Shown here: positions 50,082 to 59,480 of the stretch, piece after piece
Position numbering within the stretch: the first letter of the stretch is position 1
Layout: each line of letters starts with the position of its first letter
Assembly (NCBI GenBank): GCA_965140705.1
Contig: OZ223300.1
Location: forward strand, 1,184,001-1,248,000
DNA length: 64,000 nucleotides
Direction of reading: 5' to 3'
DNA from: an uncultured Arcobacter sp.
Lineage (GTDB): Bacteria; Campylobacterota; Campylobacteria; Campylobacterales; Arcobacteraceae
The notes under the pieces: generated by a model
What the model saw: only the letters and a program-made list of their open reading frames with translations
What the model was told of the DNA's origin: nothing
Databases searched by the model: none
Translations under genes and position numbers: made by a program

Positions 50082-51495
50082 CTTTTGCCTTATTTTTATA
50101 TCCACCACCTAAAGCTTCAATTAAATCAATATGAAGTTGAAACCTCTTGTCTTGTAGTGAGATTTCTTTTATTTTTTCTTCTTCAAATTCTATGTTTTTA
50201 TTTATAAAATCGATTTTATTTTTTATACCTAATTCATAAACTCTTTTTTCGATATTTTTGTTTTTGTTTTTATTAGAAATAACTATTTTCTCAGATTTTT
50301 CTTGGGAATTATTTAATTGTATTTTCTTTAATGTTGTAACTATATTATTTACAGCTTTTATTATTGTCTCATTGTATACGTATACTTGGGCATTATAATC
50401 ATTTACTTTCGTATTTAGGTTTGATTCTCTTCTTTCTGCATCGAAAATTGGTAGTGAGAAGGCAACACCAGCTTCTGGATCAAAAGAAGATTCTTTAAGC
50501 AATTGAGAAAATGGAAATGATGTAAAATGTAATAAACCAGTTAAACTAATATTTGGATAAAACTTTGACTTTGCGTTTTCTATATATTGTTTTTTGCTTG
50601 CCAAAAGATATTTTTGAACAGCTACTTCTGGTAAGTGAGAAACTACATTTAAATGAATATCTTTGGGTATAGAAATTTTATATTCATTTGAAATAGAAGG
50701 GTTTTCTAACTTATTTATTTGTGATGGTAAAAGTCCTGCAATAACTGCAATAGAGTTTTTTATATTTTCAATCTCTTCTTTTACACTTAAAATATCTTGA
50801 TTGATTTTTTCGATTAAGTAGTTACTTTCATTTACTTTTTCTTTATTTGATAATCCTATATTATACAAATCATTTAAAATGTGATGCTTTTCATAAACCA
50901 ATTTTTTTAAAGTAGAGAGTTTTTTCAATTTTTCAATTTTAAAATTCCAAGAGATATAAAGCTTACTAATAGAAGTAGAAATCGCCAATTGTTTTACTTT
51001 TATCAACGCATCTTGAGCTAAGGCTTCATTTTTTGAAGCTTTGATTAATGAAGCTCTTTGATTCCAAAAATCAAAATCGTATTGTAATTTTAAACCTGTT
51101 TGGTAAAGATTGTAATAGTTTCCACCTAATGGTTCTGGGAAAATATAATTTTCACTAAATCTTTGTCTAGTAGCTTGGGATTCAAAATTTACATTTGGTA
51201 AATTTGAAGATTTTTTAGCTTTAATTATATTGTTTGCTTTTTGATATTTTGCTTCTAATTGTTTTAAACTTGGAGCATCTTTTATTGCATTTTCTATTAA
51301 AATATTTAGTTGTTTATCATCAAAATCTCTCCACCAAGAATTTTTTAGTTCTATATCATTACTTGAAAATTTATTTAAATCTTTAATTAGTTCATTATCT
51401 ATTTTTGTATCTTTTATAGTCTTTGATGTGCTTACTTTGGGAACACATCCTGAAAATAGAATAGTTAATGAAATTAGAAATAGTATTATTCTCAT
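50062..51495 (-). CDS. Outer-membrane efflux factor (NodT/OprM-like lipoprotein)
   Basis: Lipobox FSGC; WWRDFDD; FYPNISL; LIEALGGG. Confidence 0.88.
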   Translation of the reverse strand: MRIILFLISLTILFSGCVPKVSTSKTIKDTKIDNELIKDLNKFSSNDIELKNSWWRDFDDKQLNILIENAIKDAPSLKQLEAKYQKANNIIKAKKSSNLPNVNFESQATRQRFSENYIFPEPLGGNYYNLYQTGLKLQYDFDFWNQRASLIKASKNEALAQDALIKVKQLAISTSISKLYISWNFKIEKLKKLSTLKKLVYEKHHILNDLYNIGLSNKEKVNESNYLIEKINQDILSVKEEIENIKNSIAVIAGLLPSQINKLENPSISNEYKISIPKDIHLNVVSHLPEVAVQKYLLASKKQYIENAKSKFYPNISLTGLLHFTSFPFSQLLKESSFDPEAGVAFSLPIFDAERRESNLNTKVNDYNAQVYVYNETIIKAVNNIVTTLKKIQLNNSQEKSEKIVISNKNKNKNIEKRVYELGIKNKIDFINKNIEFEEEKIKEISLQDKRFQLHIDLIEALGGGYKNKAKDVLSSK

Positions 51496-51499
51496 ATTT

Positions 51500-51928
51500 T
51501 TATGACTTTAAATTTGAATGTATATTTTTTAATATTTGAATTAATTGCTCTTCTGTCTCTTTATCTACACCTTTTAGAGCTTCTTCTTCAACTTTTCTGC
51601 TTGCATCTTTTAGGATTTGTTCTAATTTCTTACCTTCATTAGTTATGCAAACCAAATATGCTCTTCTATCATTCTTTTTAGCTCTTCTCTCTACCATTCC
51701 TTTTTTTTCAAGTCTATCTATTAGAAGAGTTAAACTTGATTGTTTAAAGTAAGTATCTTTTGCTAATTCTTTTTGAGTTAAATTATCTTTTTCACAAAGT
51801 CTTCTTATAATAATACTCTCAGCAGGAGAAACACAATATTCTTGTAAGTCTTTTTCTAAACGATTTTTTAGTAAATTTCGTATATTGGCTATTAATACAC
51901 CAAATGCATTATCTATTTCAAACGACAT
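51500..51928 (-). CDS. MarR-family regulator
   Basis: LTQKELA, LIDRLEKKGMVER, DRRAYLVCIT. Confidence 0.92.
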   Translation of the reverse strand: MSFEIDNAFGVLIANIRNLLKNRLEKDLQEYCVSPAESIIIRRLCEKDNLTQKELAKDTYFKQSSLTLLIDRLEKKGMVERRAKKNDRRAYLVCITNEGKKLEQILKDASRKVEEEALKGVDKETEEQLIQILKNIHSNLKS

Positions 51929-51969
51929 ATTTATTCCTTAAAATTTGGGTGATTTTAAATGTTATGTAG

Positions 51970-51995
51970 TTAATAGTTAATATGTTAACTATTAA
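51970..51995. promoter_or_regulatory. Probable MarR operator
   Basis: TTAATAGTTAA-tatg-TTAACTATTAA palindrome about 40 bp upstream of the marR start. Confidence 0.6.
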
Positions 51996-52131
51996 TTTGT
52001 TAATGGAATTCTATTCTAATTAACTTAAAACGGTATAAAAATTTTTACCTAGTTTACTAAAATCCCAATTTGTAGGGCTAAATTTAATTTTAAATTGTTA
52101 TAATCTTCTGATTTTATTATATGGAGTAAAC

Positions 52132-53082
52132 ATGAAATTATTAAAAATTTTGTCAATAGCTACAATAGTTGCTATTGCACTAAATGCAAATGCGACTGAG
52201 CGAATAACTTTGAAAGCTGCAAAATCTACATCATCTTATTATCAAATGGCAGTACAAATTGGTGAAGATGTTAGTAAAGCTTCAAATAAAGATTTGAGTG
52301 TAACAATTGAAGAGAGTCAAGGGTCTGTTCAAAATGTAAAAGAAGTGCGAAAAAGAAAAGGTAACTATGTTTTTACAACACCTCCTGCTCTAATTCGATT
52401 GGCTAAAAACAAAAAAGCTATGTTTAAAAATGATAATCCAGAGGATTATTCAAAAATCAGATCACTTTTCCCTATTCCATATTTGACTATGCATATGGTT
52501 GTAAGAGCTGATTCTGGGATTAAGACTTATGCTGATTTAAAAGGAAAGTCTTTACTTATTGGAAAAGGAAGTTTTGGAGCTAAAGAGGCTAAAAAATATA
52601 TTGATTTATTTGGTTTAAAAAATGATGTTAAACTAATAAATGCTGAATTATCTGGTGCTGTAACTGCACTAAAAAATGGACAAATTGATGGTTTTGCAAC
52701 TTCTGGGTCTTATCCTGCACCAAATGTAATAGAAGCAAGTGCTAGTGATAAAATAAGACTTTTAAGTATGAGTGATGAACAAATTGCAAAAACAAAAAGA
52801 GATAAAATAATAATCCCTGCTGGTACATATACGGGTGTAGATTATGATGTCGCTACTACTACACTTCCAGTTGGAGTTTATACAACTACAAATATGAGTG
52901 AAGAGACTGCTTATAAACTTACAAAAGCATTTTGGGAATCTAAACCACAATTAGAGAAACAAAATATTTGGTGGAAAGCAATCACCTTTAAAAACTTAAA
53001 TATGTTTAAAACAAAACTACATAAAGGTGCATTAAAATATTACAATGAAGTTAATGCTAATATTCCCCAAAGCCTTAAATAA
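52132..53082 (+). CDS. TAXI-family TRAP solute receptor
   Basis: Signal peptide; SSYYQ, SQGSVQN, LKNGQIDG, IPAGTY, LHKGALKYY. Confidence 0.88.
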   Translation: MKLLKILSIATIVAIALNANATERITLKAAKSTSSYYQMAVQIGEDVSKASNKDLSVTIEESQGSVQNVKEVRKRKGNYVFTTPPALIRLAKNKKAMFKNDNPEDYSKIRSLFPIPYLTMHMVVRADSGIKTYADLKGKSLLIGKGSFGAKEAKKYIDLFGLKNDVKLINAELSGAVTALKNGQIDGFATSGSYPAPNVIEASASDKIRLLSMSDEQIAKTKRDKIIIPAGTYTGVDYDVATTTLPVGVYTTTNMSEETAYKLTKAFWESKPQLEKQNIWWKAITFKNLNMFKTKLHKGALKYYNEVNANIPQSLK

Positions 53083-54881
53083 TGACTCAAAAGAAAAGTC
53101 GGTTACTATCAATAAAATTTTTGGTAGTAACTTTTTTAGCATTTATTACTGTTGGTTTTCATATTTATCTAATCTTTACAGGGCTTATGCCAAACTTGGT
53201 AAGTAGACCTTTACACTTAGCCTTAGTATTACCTTGGATTTTTTTATTAGCAAATGATGAAGATAGTTCAAAGCTAAGTAAATATAGTGGATATGTTTTA
53301 TTAGTTTGTGGTATTTTTTCTTCTTTATATATTGTATATAATTATAGTGCTTTGGAAGACCAATATGGTTCCCTTGAAGGTTCACTACAATATTTTATTG
53401 CTATATCTTTACTTTTAAGTGTTTTAGAAATGGCAAGAAGGTCTATAAAACTAGCTCTTCCTTTGACTGCAACTATTGCTTTAGCCTATGGACTTTGGGG
53501 TCATTATATTCCTGGAAATTTTGGACACCAAGAAATACCAATGGATAGTTTCTTTGGTACTTTAGTTATAGCAGAAGGTGGTATCTTTGGAGCTTTGACA
53601 GGGGTTTCTGTTAATGTTGTTGCTGTATTTGTTATCCTTGGAGCCTTTGTAGGAATAGGTGAGGGTGGTAATGCTTTCATGTCTTTATCTACAAAAATAG
53701 CTGGAAGATTACGGGGTGGGGCTGCAAAAGTATCTGTTTTGGCTTCTGCTTTTTTTGGTTCAATTTCTGGTTCAGCTTCTGCAAATGTTGCCTCAACGGG
53801 AGCCTTTACAATTCCTACAATGAAGAGATTAAAATATCCTGCAAGTTTAGCAGGTGCTACTGAAGCAGTTGCAAGTACTGGTGGACAAATTATGCCACCA
53901 CTTATGGGAGCTGGGGCTTTTATTATGGCAGAACTTTTAGGAGTGCCATATGCTAAGATTATGGCAACTGCTATTTTCCCTGCTATATTATTTTTTGTAA
54001 CAGTTTGGATAGGTATAGACGTATTTGCTAAAAAATATAATCTTCTTGCTATGGATAAAGAAGATATTCCAAAATTAAATTTGGTTTTAAAGTTAGCACC
54101 ATTTTTTCTTATACCTTTTGGAATCTTACTTTATGCCTTGATAATAGTAGGGAAAACACCTCAATACTCAGCAGCTCTCGCAATATTTGCTTCTATTATA
54201 CTTTTACTTGTAAATAGGGATTGGAAAATATCATTTAAAGAGTTTATAGAAAAATTTGTAGATGGTTGTATTACTGCTTCTAGACAAATTGCATCTATTG
54301 CTTCTGTTATTATTTGTGCAGGTATTGTAATTGGAGTATTAAATATCACAGGTATTGGAGTTAAAATTACTTCTGCTATTTTATATTTATCAAATGGACA
54401 ACTTTTTGTTGCACTACTTTTAACAGCACTTGCTTGTTTAATTTTAGGTATGGAAGTTCCTACAACTGCAGCTTATATTATTTGTGTATCAATTGCAGGT
54501 CCTACTTTACAAGAGTATGGATTATCAGCCATTCAAGCACACCTTTTTGTATTTTGGTTTGCTTTACTTTCTACTATTACTCCACCTGTTTGTGGTACAG
54601 TTTTTATAGCATCTGGAATAGCCCAAGCAAATTGGATAGAAGTAGCTGGGAAATCTATGAAATTAGGTATTGGATTATATATTGTACCTTTGGCATTTGT
54701 TGTAAATCCATTTTTGCTAGAACCAGATACTAACTTTTTATATGCATTCTTATCTTTTATAAAAATTGCAGTTGGTTTAGGTCTTTTATCAAATGCTTTA
54801 GTTAATGATAAACAAAAAACAGTTTTAAGAGTATCTCTTGTACTTTTAGGATTAATAATTATCTTTTATCCCTTTCAATAA
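53082..54881 (+). CDS. TRAP fused permease (4TM/12TM)
   Basis: GGAAKVSV, SISGSASANV, EAVASTGGQIMPPLMG, LGMEVPTTAAY, ITPPV. Confidence 0.9.
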   Translation: MTQKKSRLLSIKFLVVTFLAFITVGFHIYLIFTGLMPNLVSRPLHLALVLPWIFLLANDEDSSKLSKYSGYVLLVCGIFSSLYIVYNYSALEDQYGSLEGSLQYFIAISLLLSVLEMARRSIKLALPLTATIALAYGLWGHYIPGNFGHQEIPMDSFFGTLVIAEGGIFGALTGVSVNVVAVFVILGAFVGIGEGGNAFMSLSTKIAGRLRGGAAKVSVLASAFFGSISGSASANVASTGAFTIPTMKRLKYPASLAGATEAVASTGGQIMPPLMGAGAFIMAELLGVPYAKIMATAIFPAILFFVTVWIGIDVFAKKYNLLAMDKEDIPKLNLVLKLAPFFLIPFGILLYALIIVGKTPQYSAALAIFASIILLLVNRDWKISFKEFIEKFVDGCITASRQIASIASVIICAGIVIGVLNITGIGVKITSAILYLSNGQLFVALLLTALACLILGMEVPTTAAYIICVSIAGPTLQEYGLSAIQAHLFVFWFALLSTITPPVCGTVFIASGIAQANWIEVAGKSMKLGIGLYIVPLAFVVNPFLLEPDTNFLYAFLSFIKIAVGLGLLSNALVNDKQKTVLRVSLVLLGLIIIFYPFQ

Positions 54882-54907
54882 GCTATTAATAGGGTAGCTT
54901 ATTGAAA
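54873..54907. terminator. Terminator hairpin
   Basis: TTTCAATAAGCTA / TAGCTTATTGAAA. Confidence 0.55.
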
Positions 54908-54989
54908 AATTTTAATAAAATACTTCAAAATACTTGCATAAAATAAGTTTTTTTCTTATAATAAAGTAATTTAATAAGAAGTAGCCAAT

Positions 54990-55559
54990 ATGAACTTTTT
55001 CAAAAAAATTTTAAATTCATTGAATCAAATGTCAAGTCCCTTGTTTAGCTTCGATGCCAATAAATCAGAGCTATCTTTTATTTTACCAAATGATGAAAAA
55101 TTTGATTTTACATTGGAAAATTATGAAGTAAAAACAAGACATGATCCTTATGTCTTAGAGGCATATACTTTCAATAGCAAAGATATATTTTTTGAATATA
55201 TACATTTAGATACAAATACTTCTTGGAATGGTCTTGCACGAGGTTATTTTGAAGAGTTATTAAAAGACTCTATTAAAGAAAACTTAGAGTTAGAAGAGAG
55301 ATTTGAATTTAAGCATTATGAATTTTCTACTTATAAAACAGCTACAAAAGGATTTGTACACTTAATATATATTTGGGAAGTAAATAAGGAAGTATTTTTA
55401 ATAGATAAAAAAGGAATACTCTACAATGAGTTTATAAAACTACTAAAAAGTGATTATGAATATAAATATAGTGGAAGAGAAATTTTTGATTTATATCATG
55501 AAATAAGCTTAGTAAAGCATAATTCTTTAAATCATTATTTTAATGGAAGTAGTGATTAA
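54990..55559 (+). CDS. Hypothetical protein, paralog of the next gene, no signal peptide
   Basis: Shares WNGxA.G.F, HYE.STYK, VN..V..ID..G and SLVK.N..N.YF with 55596..56210. Confidence 0.75.
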   Translation: MNFFKKILNSLNQMSSPLFSFDANKSELSFILPNDEKFDFTLENYEVKTRHDPYVLEAYTFNSKDIFFEYIHLDTNTSWNGLARGYFEELLKDSIKENLELEERFEFKHYEFSTYKTATKGFVHLIYIWEVNKEVFLIDKKGILYNEFIKLLKSDYEYKYSGREIFDLYHEISLVKHNSLNHYFNGSSD

Positions 55560-55595
55560 AATATAGTATAATAGAAGAAAAACAAAGGATAACAT

Positions 55596-56210
55596 ATGTT
55601 TTTCAAATCTATTATTTTTTCGTTAATTGCTATATTTTTTACTTCTTGTGCTTCAAGTAGTTTTTACTATGATAAAAAAGAAAACTCTGCAAATATAAAT
55701 TTGTTGAATGTAAACAAAAAAATAACTCTTACAAATCCAAAGATAGAACACACCTTTTCACAATGTACAATTAACTCATATATATTAAAAGATGATAATA
55801 AAAAATATGGAAATTTATTTTTAGAAAATATTGAACTATATAATAATTGCCATTGGAATGGTTCAGCTAGCGGATTTTTTACATATGAATTAAAAACTAG
55901 AATGAAATTTAAAAGTTTTGAGTTAGTAGATAGATTTTCAAAAGATCATTATGAAATATCAACATATAAAGTAAACAATGAAAAATATGTAAGTATTATT
56001 GATATGTATACTGTAAATAGAGATGTTTTAATTATAGATAATAATGGAAAATTATCACAAGAAATAATTAAAATATTAGATCCAAAATTTAACTTTAAGT
56101 ATGTAAATTCTCCAAGAACAGATATAAATTATAACTATAGTTTGGTTAAATTCAATATGTTTAATTCATATTTTACAAAAGAATCTGAAAGAAGAATAAG
56201 GGGTAATTAA
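55596..56210 (+). CDS. Hypothetical lipoprotein
   Basis: SD AAGGA; hydrophobic signal with lipobox FTSC. Confidence 0.8.
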   Translation: MFFKSIIFSLIAIFFTSCASSSFYYDKKENSANINLLNVNKKITLTNPKIEHTFSQCTINSYILKDDNKKYGNLFLENIELYNNCHWNGSASGFFTYELKTRMKFKSFELVDRFSKDHYEISTYKVNNEKYVSIIDMYTVNRDVLIIDNNGKLSQEIIKILDPKFNFKYVNSPRTDINYNYSLVKFNMFNSYFTKESERRIRGN

Positions 56211-56279
56211 ATAACGGTGGGAATCACCGTTACTTATAAGGAGACAATAGCAACGAAAGCTAAAGTTTGTTTGTATGAC
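56208..56279 (-). ncRNA. Candidate trans-acting sRNA of about 70 nt with an anti-SD seed
   Basis: -10 TAGAAT at 56291-56286; UAGC/GCUA hairpin; single-stranded UGUCUCCUU; GC-rich terminator UAACGGUG/CACCGUUA. Confidence 0.55.
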
Positions 56280-56366
56280 AGAAGAATTCTAATGTAAATA
56301 GGATAAAATATATCCTATTTAAAAAAGTTAAGAAAAATAATTAAACTCTATTTAAGAGTTCAGTTT

Positions 56367-57539
56367 TTATAAACGACTCCAAACAAAGGGTACATTAGTT
56401 TTTACCCAAAGTGATATACTATCAACCAGTTGTTCCCACAAACTACCTTTTAGGACACTATTCAATGCAATAAGTGGTTCTTTTACTAATACTTTATCTC
56501 CCACATCTACTTCTACTGTACCTAATCTTTGACCCTTACTTACAGGAGCAATAATTGGTTTTTCAATAGTTATAGTAGTTTTTAATTGTTTATCTTGGTT
56601 ACGTTGTATTGTTACAGCTAAGTTTTTGCTAAGTCCTAGTGAAATTTTATTGCTTTTCCCTTGCCAAATTTTGCTTTCTTTAATTATTGTATTGGCTTTA
56701 TATAATTTGTGTGTATCATAGAAAGTAAAGCCATAATTTAATAATTTCTCTGATTCTGTTGCACGGGCATTATTAGTTTCTGTTCCCATAACAACAGCAA
56801 TAAGACGCATGTTTTTTCTTTTTGCAGAAGAAGCTAAGCAATAACCAGCTGCCATTGTATGTCCAGTTTTTAATCCATCTACACTAGGATCTTTCCATAA
56901 TAATCTGTTTCTATTATTTTGACTTATATTATTATATTTGAAGTTTTTTATTGAATACCAAGAATAGTGAGTAGGGAAATCTTTTATTATTGCACGTGAT
57001 AATAAAGCAATATCATGTGCTGTTGAATAATGGTCTTTTGTTGGTAAACCAGTTGCATCATTGTAATGGGTATTTTTCAGTTCTAACTTTTTTGCATATT
57101 TATTCATTAATTTAACAAACTCTTTTTCACTTCCTGAAATGTGTTCAGCGATTGCAATTACAGCATCATTACCCGATTGAACTATCATTCCTTTTATTAG
57201 TTTAGATAAATCTACTTTTGTATTTACATTTAAAAAAGTTCTTGAACCAGTCATTTTCCATGCTTTTTTACTAATAAAAACTTTATCTTTTAAACTAATT
57301 TCTCCTGAATTAATTTTTGTTGATGCAATGTAAGATGTCATTAATTTTGTTAAACTAGCAGGTGGTAACTCTTCATCAGCATTTTTAGAAAGTAAAATTT
57401 CTTTTGTATCATAGTCCATAAGGATATAAGACTTAGCTTTGATATTAATCAAAGGTTGTGTTGATTTGTCCTCGTCTGCTTGAAGCCATTGTCCTAGAAG
57501 GCTAGTGATAATAAAAATAGAGTAGATGATTTTTTTCAA
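56367..57539 (-). CDS. dacA: D-alanyl-D-alanine carboxypeptidase (PBP5/6, S11)
   Basis: PASLTK (SxxK), SGN, KTG. Confidence 0.9.
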   Translation of the reverse strand: MKKIIYSIFIITSLLGQWLQADEDKSTQPLINIKAKSYILMDYDTKEILLSKNADEELPPASLTKLMTSYIASTKINSGEISLKDKVFISKKAWKMTGSRTFLNVNTKVDLSKLIKGMIVQSGNDAVIAIAEHISGSEKEFVKLMNKYAKKLELKNTHYNDATGLPTKDHYSTAHDIALLSRAIIKDFPTHYSWYSIKNFKYNNISQNNRNRLLWKDPSVDGLKTGHTMAAGYCLASSAKRKNMRLIAVVMGTETNNARATESEKLLNYGFTFYDTHKLYKANTIIKESKIWQGKSNKISLGLSKNLAVTIQRNQDKQLKTTITIEKPIIAPVSKGQRLGTVEVDVGDKVLVKEPLIALNSVLKGSLWEQLVDSISLWVKTNVPFVWSRL

Positions 57540-57653
57540 GATGTTTTCTCCTAAAAATAGTGTAGAAATTAATAATATATCTTATTTGAAATAAGGGAAT
57601 AAATTAAAAGGTGCAATTATATATTAAAAATATAAACACTAAATAAACTTAAG

Positions 57654-58283
57654 TTAATTAAAGAGTTTTAGTATATCTTTTTCTATAAATTTTAAATCAT
57701 CAGTTAATGTAAATATATCTAATTCACTTCTATTAATCATTCCTTCTTTTAATAAGGTATTTTCAATAAAAGAGATTAATCCCTTCCAAAAAGTTGTATC
57801 ATAAAGATATATTTTTAAATTTTGAAGTTTTTTTGTTTGAACTAATATTATTATCTCAAAAAGTTCATCAAGTGTCCCATATCCTCCTGGAAAAACAATA
57901 CAAGCAGATGAATGTTTTACAAGCATGTATTTTCTTGAAAAGAAGTAGTTAAAAGTGTGATTTCTAGTGGTATATGGATTCAGCCTTTGTTCTTGTGGTA
58001 TCAATATATTTAATCCAATTGATTCTACACCCTTTACTTTAAAGGCACCTCTATTTGCTGCTTCCATTATCCCACCACCGCCACCTGTTACAATATTGAT
58101 GTTGTTATTTGCTAAATTAAAAGCTAACTTTTCGGCCAAATCACAAATTTTTTTGTCTTGTGAAACTCTTGCACTTCCAAAAAACGTTACACACTTTTTA
58201 ATATTTTTATAAATCTCATCGCTACAATTAAAATCATTTGCTATTTTATTTTTTTCAATAATATCTTCTTTACACTCAGGCAT
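57654..58283 (-). CDS. LOG-family (TIGR00730-like) nucleotide phosphoribohydrolase
   Basis: FFGSAR, TGGGGGIMEAANRGA, FFSRK, FPGGYGTLDE. Confidence 0.9.
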   Translation of the reverse strand: MPECKEDIIEKNKIANDFNCSDEIYKNIKKCVTFFGSARVSQDKKICDLAEKLAFNLANNNINIVTGGGGGIMEAANRGAFKVKGVESIGLNILIPQEQRLNPYTTRNHTFNYFFSRKYMLVKHSSACIVFPGGYGTLDELFEIIILVQTKKLQNLKIYLYDTTFWKGLISFIENTLLKEGMINRSELDIFTLTDDLKFIEKDILKLFN

Positions 58284-58387
58284 TCTTACTCTTTTAAATT
58301 TTTATAGAATTATATTCAAAAAATATAAGAAAAAAAGTTAAATATAAATTTTGTTATAATTTAAAAAATATTTTATTAGGCAAAAGC

Positions 58388-59125
58388 ATGAAGATTAAAT
58401 TAAATTGTGATGTTGGTGATAGTTTTGGTATTTGGAAAATGGGTAATGATGAAGAGATAATGCCATATATCAATATGGCAAATCTTGCTTGTGGTTTTCA
58501 TGCAGGTGATGCTCTAAATATGGCAAAAGCAGTTAGTTTAGCTGTAAAGCATAATACTGAAATAGGAGCTCATATTGGATATCAAGATTTAGCAGGCTTT
58601 GGAAGAAGAAAAATAGCCTATTCTTTAGAAGAAATTTTAGCCATTGTTGTATATCAAATTGGTGCATTAAGTGCTTTTTGTAAAACCTATGGTAAAAATG
58701 TAAGTTATGTGAAACCTCATGGTGCTCTTTTTAATGATATGATGGATGATGAATTGATTTTTAAAGCAATTCTTAGTGCAATTAGCTCTTATGATAAAAA
58801 TATAAAGTTAATTATTTTATCAAGTCAAAAAAATGAAAAATATAAACAAATAGCGCTTTTATATGGTATTACACTTATATTAGAAGTTTATGTGGATAGA
58901 AATTATCATGATGAGGGATTTATTCTTTCAAGAACTGAAAAAGACTCTTTTATAACTGATGAGTTAGATATTATGCAAAGAGTTGAAACTTTAAAAGAGA
59001 GAGGATATATAACTAGTAAAAATGGCTTGAAACTTTTTTTACATGCTGATACAATATGTTTACATGGAAGTTCTGAAAAAAACTATGAGTTTATAAAAAC
59101 TGTTAGTGGATTATTAAATAATTAA
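58388..59125 (+). CDS. LamB/YcsF (PxpA-like) protein, divergent
   Basis: LNCDVGDSFG, ANLACGFHAGD, GFGRR, VKPHGAL, ICLHG. Confidence 0.8.
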   Translation: MKIKLNCDVGDSFGIWKMGNDEEIMPYINMANLACGFHAGDALNMAKAVSLAVKHNTEIGAHIGYQDLAGFGRRKIAYSLEEILAIVVYQIGALSAFCKTYGKNVSYVKPHGALFNDMMDDELIFKAILSAISSYDKNIKLIILSSQKNEKYKQIALLYGITLILEVYVDRNYHDEGFILSRTEKDSFITDELDIMQRVETLKERGYITSKNGLKLFLHADTICLHGSSEKNYEFIKTVSGLLNN

Positions 59126-59201
59126 TATCCTTTAAAAGTAGTTTGCACACTTCTTACACACTTTTTAAAGTTAAACTTTGACTTTTAAATAAAGGGTAAA
59201 T

Positions 59202-59402
59202 ATGGCTGTATTATTATTTTTTGCAGGAGCATTATTAATTTATTTATATTCATTTTTATATAGAAGATTTGCTTTGTTTGCTACATTGGTTTTGTTTATA
59301 ATAGCATATAAGATGAAAGTAGATGTTGTTTTGATTTGTGTAACTATATCTATATTACTTGCAATAAGATTAAAAAAACATGGTGTAAGAGATGACCTTT
59401 AA
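59202..59402 (+). CDS. Small membrane protein
   Basis: SD AAGGG; 2-3 hydrophobic segments. Confidence 0.6.
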   Translation: MAVLLFFAGALLIYLYSFLYRRFALFATLVLFIIAYKMKVDVVLICVTISILLAIRLKKHGVRDDL

Positions 59403-59480
59403 TAAAAAAAAATAAAAAATCTATTTTTAGCTTACCATTAACTCACTTTTATAAAATATAATTAAAAAAGTAGGATTAGA

